A stretch of 64,000 nt of DNA from Eledone cirrhosa (taxonomy: Eukaryota). The notes below the pieces were generated by a model that was given only the letters and a program-made list of their open reading frames with translations, was not told where the DNA came from and searched no databases. This document shows positions 25,854 through 39,970 of the stretch, one piece after another. Both the position numbers and the translations under genes were made by a program. The stretch lies in assembly GCA_964016885.1 (NCBI GenBank), contig OZ024742.1:321346001-321410000 (forward strand), in the 5' to 3' direction. Each line of letters starts with the position of its first letter. Position 1 is the stretch's first letter.

Positions 25854-26933
25854 ATGAACGAAAACACAACTTCACAAATGAATTCCGCAACCACAGATCA
25901 AGCAATTGAGAACTACAAAAACAACAACAACGACAACAATGACAACAAAAACAACAGCAACAATAATGACAACAACACCAACAGCAGCAACAATAATGAC
26001 AACAACACCAACAAGAACAACTCCACAAACAAGGAAAAAAAGGTTTCGTTTGCACAAACTGTCCAAAAGACAGAACTATATACACAGATTGACATCTCTA
26101 ATGCCGGAGAATTGCTAAGAGATGCCAAGCAATATATAACTTTTGGGGAGAATGGCGCTTTTAGCATCACTTCTCCCCAAGAATTGCGTAGAGACACTGT
26201 CCTGAAAAACATAGTTTTTAGGATAATCTCAAATACCACCAGAAAACCAGCTCAATTAACTCAAAACGAAATTGAGCTGGTTCTAAGAAACTCCATGAAG
26301 GACATTACCTTCATACAGAAGGGAAAACTCTTCGGGAGTTTATCAATAATAATGAAAGACCAATTGACGGCACAGAAATATTCTGTGTCGTCAATTGTGT
26401 CCCCCCTCTACACCGTATTCCCCACATATATGGGGAAAAGGACCCAAAGAATAAAAGTAACAAATATCACACCAAATGTAAACATCTGGTGGATATTAGC
26501 TGGTTTCATCAATTTTGATGAAGATACAGTAATTTCGGTAGGAAAGTCCTCCAGGGGCATATTCAATGGTACAAGCTTAGAAGTTCTGGTCCAAATGAGA
26601 CCAGAACGGATAGCTAGAATACCACAACGTGTGTCTCTGGATGGAAATTCCTACATAAACATTTCTGTTGAGGGTAGGCGGCCTTCATGTTACCACTGTT
26701 TAAGCAGTGATCACCTGAGGGCTTCCTGTCCTCAATTAACTGCATTTAAAAAAAGGCACTACTGCCGACACCCAACACAACAACACAACCACGACCACCA
26801 CCACAACAACAACAACACACAAAAACAAACCAAACTGCAAACACAGTCCCACCCAACCCCTCCTCACCTAAAACAACTCCAAAACCCCCCCACAAGCACA
26901 ACAGCTCCTCAAAACACACCCCTCCCCAATTAA
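25854..26933 (+). CDS. Tx1-like ORF1 (gag-like, zinc knuckle); probably frameshifted after about 26750
   Basis: VEGRRPSCYHCLSSDHLRASCP (CX2CX4HX4C), located upstream of ORF2. Confidence 0.8.
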   Translation: MNENTTSQMNSATTDQAIENYKNNNNDNNDNKNNSNNNDNNTNSSNNNDNNTNKNNSTNKEKKVSFAQTVQKTELYTQIDISNAGELLRDAKQYITFGENGAFSITSPQELRRDTVLKNIVFRIISNTTRKPAQLTQNEIELVLRNSMKDITFIQKGKLFGSLSIIMKDQLTAQKYSVSSIVSPLYTVFPTYMGKRTQRIKVTNITPNVNIWWILAGFINFDEDTVISVGKSSRGIFNGTSLEVLVQMRPERIARIPQRVSLDGNSYINISVEGRRPSCYHCLSSDHLRASCPQLTAFKKRHYCRHPTQQHNHDHHHNNNNTQKQTKLQTQSHPTPPHLKQLQNPPTSTTAPQNTPLPN

Positions 26934-27604
26934 ACGGACACCACAACGGACGAAGCGCCCTCGTCATCACTCAGTGAGGATGAGGGAGAACCCCTCCGGT
27001 CCAAAAAAAAGAAGAAAAGACATAACATGAACAAAAAGGCAACAAACACACAACCACCAACACAAACAACACAAACATTACAAACATAAATTCCCCCTCC
27101 CGAAAACAAAACAATGACAACACTCCAAACACAAATACCCACAACAAAACGAAAACACACACAAGAACAACAGACAAAAACTAACACAACGCAACAAAAA
27201 TATTATACATACATAAACACTGACAATAAAACCTTGTTGGAGGTCATCTCTAAAAACCCTTCCATGGAAACAGAAGGAAAACTTTTTACCAAATGTAAAG
27301 ACAAACCTAATTTAAGGATGATTAAGTTCCCTACGGACACCTATGTCCTTAAAGGAAAACTTTGCTGAGGACGTGGGGAATATGTGTGTTGAACCAACAA
27401 ACCGCGTCCTCTTGAAACGTTTCCCCACCCCCATCCTACCAGACACCCGCTCCCCACCAAACATCTCCGTCCCCACCGCGCCAGGAACCACCACCCTACC
27501 AAACAACCCCTCCAACACCCCCATGGACATTGTGCAGCCTGGTCCCTAGGAGAGGAAGAGGTGAGTGATTTATTTTCCTCTTCTTTTAACTTTTCAGCAC
27601 CAAC

Positions 27605-30600
27605 ATGGCCAATATAAGAGTTAGATGTGTGAATGTACGCGGCCTGGGGATGCCCTGGAAACAGGGCAAACTCTTAAACGACCTCAGGTCACACAGTATG
27701 GATGTAGTAGCAATTTGCGAGTCCAGGATCCACAGCGAGCGACAACTGGCCCCCATCTTCGACGACTTTGAGATCTACGCATCTCTCTGTCAGCCGGGAG
27801 GTGGGGGTGGGGATGCCGTTTTGCTGCGGAAACACCTGGACCTCGTAACACAGACGGTACATCTGGACCCGGAGGGTCGACTGGTGGTCCTACACGTTGA
27901 CGGTAGTGAAGGTGGAGCCTTCAGGCTGGTGGCCGCATGTGCCCCATCCGGAACACCGCGGCCAGACTTCTTCAAACGTCTAGAGACTTTTCTGGGAACG
28001 TCCCGCTCCATGCTGTTAGTGGGGGACTGGAATGGAATCCTAGATGCACGTTGGTACTATGTGGGAGCATGTCCCGATAAAGAGGGGTGTAACATCCTCA
28101 AACAGTTAATCGGCCGATTTGACCTGGCCGATAGATATCGACTAGATTTTCCCACTGTGCCACTGTGGACGTAGACTAATCTCAGCGGAACATCTAGATC
28201 GTACCTAGATAGGTTTCTAGTTAGAAAGAAGGATAGGGACATGTTAAGCTGCCCACAAATGTTCATGGTTGCCTATTCAGATCACAAAATAGTGACCTGC
28301 TTAGTCAACCTTGACAAAACCCATAGACAGGGACCCGGCTACTGGAAGCTGAACTTGTCGTTACCGACATGCAAAGCCTACAGTAGACGGATTAGCACTT
28401 TAGTTAAGCAGAACTTGACGGGGGCCATTGTCAACAACAGATGGTGGTACTCTCTCAAGAGGGCAGTTAGATTAGACTCGATAGATTTTAGTAAATAATT
28501 AGGGTTAGATAGAAATAAGACCGAAAAGGAACTGGTAGATGAAGTAGAAGAGGCACTTAGGAGTGGCAACGTAGCCAGCGTGCTAGCGACGAGAACGGCC
28601 TTGGACCAGTTCTTCGACGCAAAGCATGAAGGCTGCGTTGTCAGAAGCAAAATACGTGCTCTGGGAAACGAGGGAGCCAAAGCTGTTAGCTGGGCCCGAG
28701 TGACAGAGGCAAAAAGTGGCAACAAGTCCACGATTCGGTCTTTGAAGGACCAAAACGGACGCGTGATACGTGAGCCGAAGCAGATGTGCGCGACCTTTCA
28801 GCGGCACTTTGCTCAACTGTTCGGGCAGGGCGGTGCGCCGGGAGGGGCTATGGATTTCGGTCCATACCTCGACGGCCTACCGCGACTCTCGGACAGCGAG
28901 GCGAAGTTCTGCGAAAGGCCGATTTCGGGCGCTGAGATAGGGGACGCGCTGCGCCAATGCGGCAAACGCAAATCTCCAGGTCTCGACGGTCTACCCTACG
29001 AATTTTACGTAGCAATGCCGGACTTGTTCTCCGGTCTCCTGGAAGCGATCTACTGCAACTGGCAACAGAACGGGAGAATTCCCAGTTCTGTGACCAAGGG
29101 CGTAGTCACACTAGTCAGGAAGGACGAGAATAAGGGGGATGACATAGGCAACTTCCGGCCCATAACCCTGCTCAACACAGAGTTACAGATTTTTGCCAAG
29201 GTGTTGGCAAAGAGGCTGGCGCTTGTCGTCGAAAACCTGGTGGGAGAAGCGCAGACATGCGCAATCCCGACCAGGTCCATACACGACAACCTCCACCTCA
29301 TGCGATACATCATAGAGAGGGTATGGTGTAAACCCGGCTTCGGTGGGGTCAATCTAAGGCTTTCGATAGGGTTGACCATCGTTACCTGGATGCGGTGCTC
29401 GAGGCGGCAGTCTTCGGACCCGTGTTCAGGGGTTGGATTGCTGCAATGCACAGCAGCAACATCTGCTCAAGGGTCAAGGTGAACGGCTACCTCTCGGAGC
29501 CGTTCCATATCACGCGATCCATCCGACAGGGATGCCCTCTTTCCTCCCTTCTGTACGTATTGACTCTAGAGCCACTACTGCGGAAGTTGGAGCTATTGCA
29601 GGGCATCCCTTTGGAACTGGGACTGCGAAAAGCGGCGTCGGCCTACGCCGACGACGTAACAGTAATAGTGTCGAGCAGCTCGCAAATCGGGGAGGTCGGC
29701 ACCTTACTGGAGGAATACGAAAGGTTCACAGGAGCGAAGCTGAACCGGGACAAATCCGTCGGTTTGCAACTCGGAACGTGGAGAGGCAAACCGATGCCTT
29801 CCGATGGCGTCGTCGGACGCTGCACGGAAGGACCGGTAAAGCTGCTCGGGGTCTGGTTTGGTCCGGACCTCCAGGTGGAGAAGAACTGGAACGAGGTAAC
29901 GGCCAAGGTGTTTGCGCTCACCCACAAGTGGGCCGAGTGCAAACTATCCTTGAAAGGTCAAGTGGAGGTGGCGAACACTTTTATAGCGTCCGTCATCTAC
30001 TACCGCTTGACCGTCGTGCCTTGTCCAGCCAAAACGCTCACCAAAATGGAGCGCACGCTCCTGCAATTCCTTTGGAAGAAACGGGCTACTTTGGTGAGAA
30101 GATCCATCTGCTGCCAACACCCCTCAAATGGAGGGCTGGGATGCCGTGCCTAACGATGCGCAAACACGCGCTCAGGCTGGGGCACCTCCACGTATTCCTC
30201 ACCAGATAACCGGTGTTGGCCCCGTTCGTGAGGCGAGCCTTCCCACGACTCGTCTCGCTGACCGAGCTGCAGTCCTGGGTCAAGCAAAGACCGGGGAAAA
30301 TGGGCGACTGGCACATCGAATGTGCTCAGGCGCTCACAGTCCTCTGGCAAACGGACCCGGCGATCAGTGGAGACTCCACTTTGACATTCTATAGAGGGTT
30401 GGTCCGCAGCAAGTGCGACGACACGCTCGGAGAAACTCAAGGCCTAGAGGACGAACTGGCCAGTCTATTCGCTCGGGACCAATGGACAACTTCTAAAAGT
30501 CCCTGGCCTGGCAGTGCTACCGAGGAGCTCTACCAGTTCGAGACAAGCTCTACCGACACGGGCGCCCGGGTAGGTCCCCTTCGAAAAAGATCTGTCTGAG

Positions 30601-31008
30601 ATGTGTGCGCGACGAGGAAACCGTCGCGCACGCATTTGTACACTGCCCGGGCGTTACCGACCTGTGGGGCTATGTAGAACGACTATTGTCGCGGGTGGGA
30701 CCAATCCAGTTGACCACCGAGTCCATTGTCATGATCAAACCGCCACCCTCCTTCAAAAACGAGGGAGAGGCGATTTTCCTATGTGTTATGGTTATGGTGA
30801 AAGAGGTTATATGGTGAACGAGGTTAAAAGGGCTGAGGTCAGACACCTTTCTCTCCGGCGAACAACTGATTCGTTTTTTCAAATATCATTTTGGAAGAAG
30901 AATCAGGATGGAGAGAGAGGTGCTGTACCCCAGCAAATTTTATAAAAGGTGGGTGAATGTGGCAAAGATGGCCCGAGTGGTTGGGCCTTCTCTCTATATA
31001 AGCCTGTA
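27605..31008 (+). pseudogene. Tx1-like ORF2 (APE endonuclease, RT, C-terminal Cys/His motif) with stops and frameshifts
   Basis: NVRGL, GDWN, SYLDR, SDH, GYWKLN, KSPGLDGLP, FRPITLLN, RQGCPLS, AYADD, EETVAHAFVHC. Confidence 0.93.
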
Positions 31009-31250
31009 GGTTGAGAAAAAAGAGGAAGAGAGGAAGGGAGTACTCACTCCTGGTGCTCCTGGAGATGAGGGTTGTACATTTTTGGGGGGGGGTGTACAAC
31101 CCCTGTGTAACGCCTCCCCCCTATTGGGGATTTCAATTGTTATTTGTTATTTTATTAATAGTTTTATTTTCATATACCTATATGTAAACTCCCCATATGT
31201 ATTTGTCCCCTTCTTTTGTGCCCTTGTGGCTAATAAAGAAATTTATCTCT

Positions 31251-32350
31251 AACACAAACTTAAAAAAACCTGACAATCAGTTGATCACCTATAGATCAGA
31301 GGAGCACATAAGCAAGATAGATTTTATCCTTACTAGAAGACGATACAGAGTGTCTGTTGTAAACACTAAGTCCCTCCCTCGTGAAGAATGCACCACCCAA
31401 CATAGCATAATAATTAGTGACCTCATAGTCAGTACTAGACTTACTCGACGACAGAGGACTACCTTGAGGAGAAGAATACGGAAGTTGAAGGACCCCACAA
31501 CCAGTAACAAATTTGAAGGCATATTACTTGATGTAAGGAAGAACAATTACAGACGTACAATATAGAGGAACAGTGGGATTCCTGAAAGTTAACCTGCTGA
31601 AGACGACAGAGGACATCTGTGGCTGGAGCAGACCTTTAGGCAGGAGGAGAATAACTTGGTGGTGGAATAGTAGGTGGAGGAGACAATCAAGGCCAAAACG
31701 CAGGCTTGGAAAGAAATGCGGGATGGGGGAGGTAGAAAACACTATCAGATGGCTAGGAGAGAAGCTAGGAGACAAGTGTACGTTGCAAAAAGGGAAGCAG
31801 AGGATAGAAAGTTCAAGCATGTTCTACAAAGCGAAGACCAAAAATGTGAGGTGTTCAGGATTATAAGACAATGTGTCAAGGAAAATTGTGATATTGGTGG
31901 GGATAAATGTGTCTGTAATGATGATGGTGTGTTGCCCTCACTGATACTGATAAGAAGATAGTTTGGAAGTGTCACTATGAGAGACTACTAAATGAAGAGA
32001 ATGAATGGGATAAAGATAGTCTGCCTCAAATTGATCCAACAAAGGGACTAACTGTGCAAGTTAGTGGTAGTATAGTAAGTAAGGCAATCAAAAATATGAA
32101 GACAGGCATGGCAGCTGGGCCTTAGAAGATAGTTGCTGAGATATTGAACGCATCTGGAATAGTGGGACATACTATGGTCACCCGGATATAAACCAAATAT
32201 GGCGTAGCAGCATCATCGTTAACTGCTACAAAGGCAAAGGAGACGCTCTAGATAGAGAAAACTAACAGAAGAGTTCAATACTGGTTGCCCATGGAAACTT
32301 CTATATGCAGATGATCTAGCTCTCATAGCTGAATCTATGGCTGAACTAGA
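31251..32350 (+). pseudogene. RTE LINE remnant, right part
   Basis: NTNLKKP..LITYRS..KIDFIL..QHSIIISDL, TWWWN, MKTGMAAGP, KGKGDAL, LLYADDLALIA. Confidence 0.85.
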
Positions 32351-32495
32351 TCAGTGTCCCAAAGTATTACATCTAGTTTGCTGTGCTAATATTTCACGGA
32401 AATTTTGACAAGGATATTCCACCACTAATATTTGATGTTATTGGTAAGCTTGTGCGCTCTACATCAATGTCCGTCATCCTTATGGTGAGCTTGGA

Positions 32496-32929
32496 CACTC
32501 CACATCAATGTCCCTGGTCATTATGGTTATCTTGGGCACTCCACATCAATGTCCCTGGTCATTATGGTTATCTTGGGCACTCCACATCAATGTCCCTGGT
32601 CATTATGGTTATCTTGGGCACTCCACATCAATGTCCCTGGTCATTATGGTTATCTTGGGCACTCCACATCAATGTCCCTGGTCATTATGGTTATCTTGGG
32701 CACTCCACATCAATGTCCCTGGTCATTATGGTTATCTTGGGCACTCCACATCAATGTCCCTGGTCATTATGGTTATCTTGGGCACTCCACATCAATGTCC
32801 CTGGTCATTATGGTTATCTTGGGCACTCCACATCAATGTCCCTGGTCATTATGGTTATCTTGGGCACTCCACATCAATGTCCCTGGTCATTATGGTTATC
32901 TTGGGCACTCCACATCAATGTCCCTGGTC
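32496..32929. repeat. Perfect 41-bp tandem repeat, about 10.6 copies
   Basis: Unit cactccacatcaatgtccctggtcattatggttatcttggg. Confidence 0.97.
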
Positions 32930-33227
32930 TTATATTTAATCTGTTCTGCTAATATTGTACAGAGATCTTGACAAGAACATTCCTTCAGTATTGCATATCT
33001 CAGATGAGTGTTCATAACACCCTGTACACCACTGTAACGTCTTAGATACTTATCTTCACAGCAGTCCTTTCCAAACATCTGGGTGCTCCACATCCATTTC
33101 CACCACTTTGGAATATCAGATATGTTTGTGTTCTTTCATTTCTTGGATTGCAAAATAAAACACACACAAAAAACATATATTCCAAAGTAGCCCTTCCTTC
33201 GATGCTTTTTTCCGGTACGCTTTCGCA

Positions 33228-33297
<70 letters not shown>

Positions 33298-33554
33298 GTA
33301 GATATGTATATATATGTATATGTGTATGTATGTATATATATGTATATATGTATGCATATATATATGTATATATGTATGCATATATATATGTATATATGTA
33401 TGCATATACATATGTTTGTGTATGAATATATATATATGTGTATATATGTATATGTGTGTATATAAATATATATATATGTGTGTGTGTATGTATGTTTATA
33501 TATATATATATATGTAAGTATATGTGTGTATATATATATATGTGTGTATGTATA

Positions 33555-33607
<53 letters not shown>

Positions 33608-33615
33608 ATATATAG

Positions 33616-33750
<135 letters not shown>

Positions 33751-34260
33751 GTTTCTTATTTCAAGAGCCGAAACTTTACAGTGAGATACTTTAAGTTTTA
33801 TGTTGCCACATGTCAAATTGATGTACATGGTTTCTTTTTATTCTCTATAGGGGCGGAGATCTATAGATATTTTTTATATGATCGAACATTCCAGATCATA
33901 TAGCTATAGTTGCAGAAGGCACCACAGACTATTAACTTCCAACATATGTATGCAGGTACATACATACATCTATATCTGTAAACATTTTCACATACCCATA
34001 CATTCATATTTAAGAATAGTCTCATGTTTATATAACTATATATATTTTTATACATATGTGTATTTGTGTAATTGCAAGAATGTGTGTATGTGTGTGTACG
34101 TGCATGTGAGCGTGTATGTATGTGTGTGTGTTTATTTATCATTATGCGCGTTGTCCTTCTTACGTATGTTTTAAAGGTCACTCTTATGGAAATTTTAATG
34201 CATGTGTATATAAATGTCGAGATTATATAGCTTACATTTTTTAACAATTCGGAAGTGGTC

Positions 34261-34291
<31 letters not shown>

Positions 34292-34402
34292 CATACATAC
34301 ATACATACATACATACATACATACATTACATTACTTATATACATATGTATATATCATATACATACACAGGCACATGCACACACATACAAACATATATATA
34401 TA

Positions 34403-34446
<44 letters not shown>

Positions 34447-34448
34447 GC

Positions 34449-34520
<72 letters not shown>

Positions 34521-35996
34521 GAGGCAAACTACAGTCTCTCTTCGGTTTCAGAAATTATCGAAACCCGGAGACCTTGTATACAAATTGTTTCAATAGAAAA
34601 CAATAAATAAATATGTTTAAACAAAGGAAAATGAAGATAAACAATTTTTGGATGATTTAATGAATTCAAAGCAGGAAGAATGCCAGAATTGTAATTCTTT
34701 GATCTGTGGAATAGTAATCAGATGCGGAGTTTAACAAGCTCTTCCGTTGTACCATTCCAAGGAATGTCTATTTGGAGTCAGAATTTTTGGGTCATGTGGC
34801 ACTAAAGGTTTATCGCCAGTTGTTGGCCTTATTGAGACCCAGTTCGGTCCTTGTGGAACACATTCGTCAAATATATTCCGGCCACAACTATTTTCCCTTG
34901 TATTTTTTAGTCTTTTTCTTTTTTTTTTTCTTTTTTTTTATAGACATGGTGAGTTGTCCGTCGAGTTCGACTGTGATAATTCAATTGTTTAGTCAACTGA
35001 ACGTCCGACTCATTAATTTAACATTCCGCAGACCATAAATTGTTTTTATTTGTCGGGGAAGAGAGGACAGTGCCTGGGTAATGAGCAGAAAGGGAGGAAT
35101 GTATCCTTAAACCCCCCCCCCCCCCCCCACCACCACCACCACCACCACACACACACACACACACACACAAAAAAACTTTCCCAAATGTTTGCAACAGATT
35201 TCACTCAACGAAAGATACCCAAAGGACAGGTGGTGGTGTTAAACCGGGTGACAGATTAAATCTACCAGACAATAGGCGAGATTTAAACGAGATTTGGGCA
35301 AGATTGAACTCAGAACGTAAAAAACCGGAACAAATACCGCAAGTCATCTCAACACACGCCCTAACAATACCGCCAATCCATTATGCCCTGTACTGGTGGT
35401 ACCTTAAAAGCTAAATTGTGAAGTTGACTTCTACGAGAATTTAACTGAAAGCCAGAACAAATAATATACTACAATCCAAGAAAAAATATCGGCCGATTGT
35501 CAGATCGGGACTAAAAAATAAAGTCTCATCTGTCAGTCGCAACACATGGGAGACGCGGCATCGCTTTTCTTGTGTCAGGGGGCGGGATTTGAACTCAGAA
35601 TGCACAAAACCAGAAAATATACCGCAAAAAATCTGTCAAAATACTCTAGCAATTCCGCCGTCAGTCGTATCTACTGGTAGAGGCGTCACTGTTTTCCCGT
35701 TGACAGGCAACGGGGTTTAAACTTAGAATAAAGTCGTCTTGTCGTATGTAGTAACAACTCGACCAATTTGCTCCTTTAAAAAAAGTGAGGACAAAAGAAA
35801 CTATTGAATAAATTCAGTCAAAAGTAGGGTTACGGTTTTAATACAAGTCAACGAATAAAAAACACGAACACCTATGGTATTTGCTAACATCATAACTTTT
35901 TGTATATAGCATTATCTATAGGTCGGTATCTTTTGAAATAACGTGTAACAATCCCATAAAATAATAATACTTGCTTATGTTTGCTTTTTTGCCATG

Positions 35997-36061
<65 letters not shown>

Positions 36062-36075
36062 TATATATATATAAG

Positions 36076-36141
<66 letters not shown>

Positions 36142-36286
36142 CCTTATACAACGTATATCAGTTATATCTAGCGGTAATTGTTATGTCTTGGCTATATTAA
36201 TGTAAATTTTATTTTACAATCTTCACATAATTCAGTTATTATATAAATATATAAATATATATACATATATATGGATGTGTATAAAA

Positions 36287-36352
<66 letters not shown>

Positions 36353-36566
36353 TTAGGGGTGGGTGTATCTTTTCTCAGAACAAATTGAGCTAAATTAAAT
36401 CACAACACGAATGTATCTAGCGTAAATAATAACTAATGAAAACTCACCCCCAACCAGATATAAACATACATACACATATATACACCCGCACACGCATACG
36501 TACATACATAGGTAAAGAATAGGTAGACAGAGACATAGATGCAATATATATATATATATATATATA

Positions 36567-36631
<65 letters not shown>

Positions 36632-36718
36632 GTGTATATATATATATATATATGTCTGTGTGTGTGTATAAATAGATATGTATGTGTATAAATATATATA
36701 CACACACACACATATATA

Positions 36719-36772
<54 letters not shown>

Positions 36773-36836
36773 TATATATATGTGTGTGTGTGTATATATA
36801 TTTATACACATACATATCTATTTATACACACACACA

Positions 36837-36876
<40 letters not shown>

Positions 36877-36955
36877 TATATACATATATAAATATATAAA
36901 TATATAAATATATATATGTGTGTGTGTGTGTATATATATATATATTTATACACAG

Positions 36956-37070
<115 letters not shown>

Positions 37071-37497
37071 TAGTTAGGTAGATGTGTGAGAGATAGAGAG
37101 ATACAGAGCGGAAAAAAGAACAATAAATGTAGGTTTACATAGAGAGAATCATAGAGGTTCCGAGAGAGAGAAAGGGAGAGAGAGACGGAGAGGGGGGAGA
37201 GGGAGAGAGAGAGGGAGAGGGGGGAGAGGGAGAGAGAGAGGGAGAGGGGGGAGAGGGAGAGAGAGATGGGGGGGCTGACAGACAGACAGGCAGTGACAGA
37301 GAAACGTGTGAGGCAGATAGCGAGAGATACGGAGATATTCATTCAGAGAAGGTGGGAGAGAGTTAGAGAGAAAGAGAGAGAGAGTGTGAGCGAGAGAGAG
37401 AGAGGTACAGACAAATAAATAGAAACAAAATTCGTGTATAAAATATATAGGGAGAAGAAAGAGGGAAATGTAGAGAGAAAAAGAGTGTCACAATAGT

Positions 37498-37919
37498 GGT
37501 TTCTACTATAGGCACAAGGCCAGCAATCGGGGGGAAGGGGAAAGTCGATTAAATCGACACCAGTGCATTACTGGTACTTCATTTTATCGACTCCGTAAGG
37601 ATGAAAATTTAAGCTAATCTCGGCGGAATTTGAACTCAGAACGTAAAGGGAAGTAACTCTATGTTACAAAGCATGGTGTCCGATACTCTACCGATACTGA
37701 TAATCCAATAATATAGGTTTATGATTTAGGCACAAGGCCAGCAATTTTGAGAGAGCGGAAAGTCGATTAAATCGACCCAGGACGTGACTGGTACTTTATT
37801 TTACCGACCCTGTAAAGATGAAAGGCAAAGCTGACCTCGGTCGGATTCGAACTCTGAACGTAAAGGGCCGTAACTGCTACGAAGTAGGGCGTTCGATGCT
37901 CTACCGATACTGCCAATCC
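37498..37919 (-). mobile_element. Two tandem family 1 SINEs (37498-37706 and 37715-37919)
   Basis: Each has tail, core, B-box and A-box on the minus strand. Confidence 0.88.
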
Positions 37920-38079
37920 AACAATAATGAGAGTGAGTAGTGGTACTGTGGGATATTGTAAAAGAGGGTTAGGTTATGTAGTAAGAGAGGAAGTGAGCGG
38001 AGAAGAGAGAAACGAGAGTAACAGTAGGAAAAGTTGTCTAGAGATACAGATATTCCTCCTACCCTGACACAGAGCTCTG

Positions 38080-38560
38080 CCAGTCAATGTGTAATGAACC
38101 TCCGTCGGTTTTCGTGATGAGTGTTCCAGTATTTCGATCAAAGCAGCAACCTGCTCGTAAGTGAAATTAATGTCCAAGTAGTTGGGAATTCCACAGACAC
38201 GTGTACGTTTAACATAATTCTCACGAAGGCTCAGCGTGAGGCCGTCTCTGACAAGGCTGGATATTTCAATTACAGGTATAGTTAATTCCATAGGCTTCCA
38301 AACCGCTTCCGTCTACCAAATTTCACTCGTAAGTTATAGGTCAACTCACAGTAAAGGACGCAGGTCAATTTCCATGCATTGGTATCTAACCTAGAACCTA
38401 ATAATTGTGAAGCGAACTCCTGAACGCATTCAGCCATGCGGCGTGACATCCAAAGAAGCCTGCTCGTGAGATTAATTTGAAATTGGCTGAGTATTCGACA
38501 GACACGTGCTCCCTCGACGTGGTTCTCTGTAAGATTTAGCTTAACATTGGGTGTTACCTT
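38080..38560. mobile_element. Cluster of old SINE fragments
   Basis: Duplicated segment cctgctcgt..attaa...acagacacgtg, plus a tRNA-like head on the minus strand at about 38380-38440. Confidence 0.5.
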
Positions 38561-38631
38561 TGTTTTCCTTTTAATTACAACGAGACCAATGGAAAATAAA
38601 GTGTCTTGTTCAAAGACTCAAAACGTCCCTG

Positions 38632-38669
<38 letters not shown>

Positions 38670-38840
38670 TAAGAAACACAAAAACCAAAATCTAGAAAGA
38701 ACTCGATAGGGGTTGTATTAATGTGTTGAAATGTCTGTGATCTCCAGCAGACAACTGAAGAAGGGATTGTCCCCCGTTTGTGCTTTCCTTTTATTCTTAA
38801 ATACACTTTATCAAGTAACCACACAGCTCCCTGCTTCTTC

Positions 38841-38939
<99 letters not shown>

Positions 38940-39033
38940 AAGAGTTAAACAAAATTCAATGAGTATATCAAAGAATGAGTTTTACAGTAGATTGGAAGCA
39001 CTCTACAAGGAAAAATATTTTCCAGAGTTATTA

Positions 39034-39352
39034 ATATTAAAATACAAATATTAATAAAATAGGTGTTCTTTTTATGAATTAAATTAAATTATACATATTT
39101 CAGAGGTACAACAGTACGTCCTCATCAGACAAAATATAATGATACATGACATACCCTGAGATGTTAAATGGTTAAGATTTAATCAAGGTTGGTACTACCT
39201 TGATTAAATCTTAACCATTTAACATCTCAGGGTATGTCATGTATCATTATATTTTGTCTGATGAGGACGTACTGTTGTACCTCTGAAATATGTATAATTT
39301 AATTTAATTCATAAAAAGAACACCTATTTTATTAATATTTGTATTTTAATAT
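39034..39352. repeat. 156-bp perfect palindrome (7-nt spacer) with one HHR core on each arm
   Basis: 39034-39189 is the reverse complement of 39197-39352; CTGATGA..GAAA..TA at 39258-39296 (+) and its mirror (-). Confidence 0.95.
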
Positions 39353-39391
39353 ATATATATATATATATATAGCCTTCATATCATGTTCTCC

Positions 39392-39462
39392 TGTTTTATC
39401 TGATGAAAACACAAATACTATTGCATGATGATGTTTGTTTTTGAAATGCGCATAATAAAATA
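39392..39462 (+). ncRNA. Minimal hammerhead ribozyme, intact core
   Basis: tgttttat-CTGATGA-stem II-GAAA-TGCGCA-TA-ataaaata; palindromic stem III. Confidence 0.8.
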
Positions 39463-39493
39463 CATGGAACTCCTTTAACCATCTTTTGATCTC

Positions 39494-39552
<59 letters not shown>

Positions 39553-39558
<6 letters not shown>

Positions 39559-39720
39559 ACAAGTATGACCCCGACGACAGAGCTCAAGCCGTTTCGACGG
39601 CTATTTCAGTACAGAAATAGCCGTCGAAACGGCCATACTTGTTCCTATTACCCACTCTACTACACTAAGTATTGAGTACTTTGGTGCGTTATGGTCCATC
39701 TGGTTCCTTACCACGATTCA
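39553..39720 (+). mobile_element. Family H copy 3 (right arm partly deleted)
   Basis: Homology to 11163-11357. Confidence 0.8.
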
Positions 39721-39886
39721 CGGACGCTCTATCTCAAAATTATTTTTGAAAAGCATTAGAAATGCGCAACCGGTAAAACTTAAAACCAAAACTGAATACT
39801 AACCAATACAATTACTAATTCTCATTTATTCCTAATTAAACTATTTTTCACTGTGAACAATTTGTCAGCATTTTCCATTCCGTTTA

Positions 39887-39970
<84 letters not shown>

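Larger units (their letters stand above)
25842..31243 (+). mobile_element. Near-full-length degenerate Tx1/L1-clade LINE with 16-bp TSD
   Basis: ORF1 with a CCHC knuckle, APE-RT-Zn ORF2, AATAAA near the 3' end; TSD tatct(g/c)taacacaaac at 25826-25841 and 31244-31259. Confidence 0.92.

Noticed and set aside
27790-30394. Antisense and alternate-frame ORFs over the Tx1 and PLE coding regions
   Set aside because: Shadow ORFs of GC-richer TE coding sequence.
32383-32971. Possible CRISPR array or repeat-protein ORFs
   Set aside because: The units are head-to-tail with no unique spacers, there are no cas genes and the context is eukaryotic. The ORFs arise from the 41-bp period.
34729-34900. Minus-strand peptide RENSCGRNIFDEC...WYNGRAC* as a terminal exon
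   Set aside because: It is preceded by poly-A rather than a splice acceptor, and I recognise no homology.
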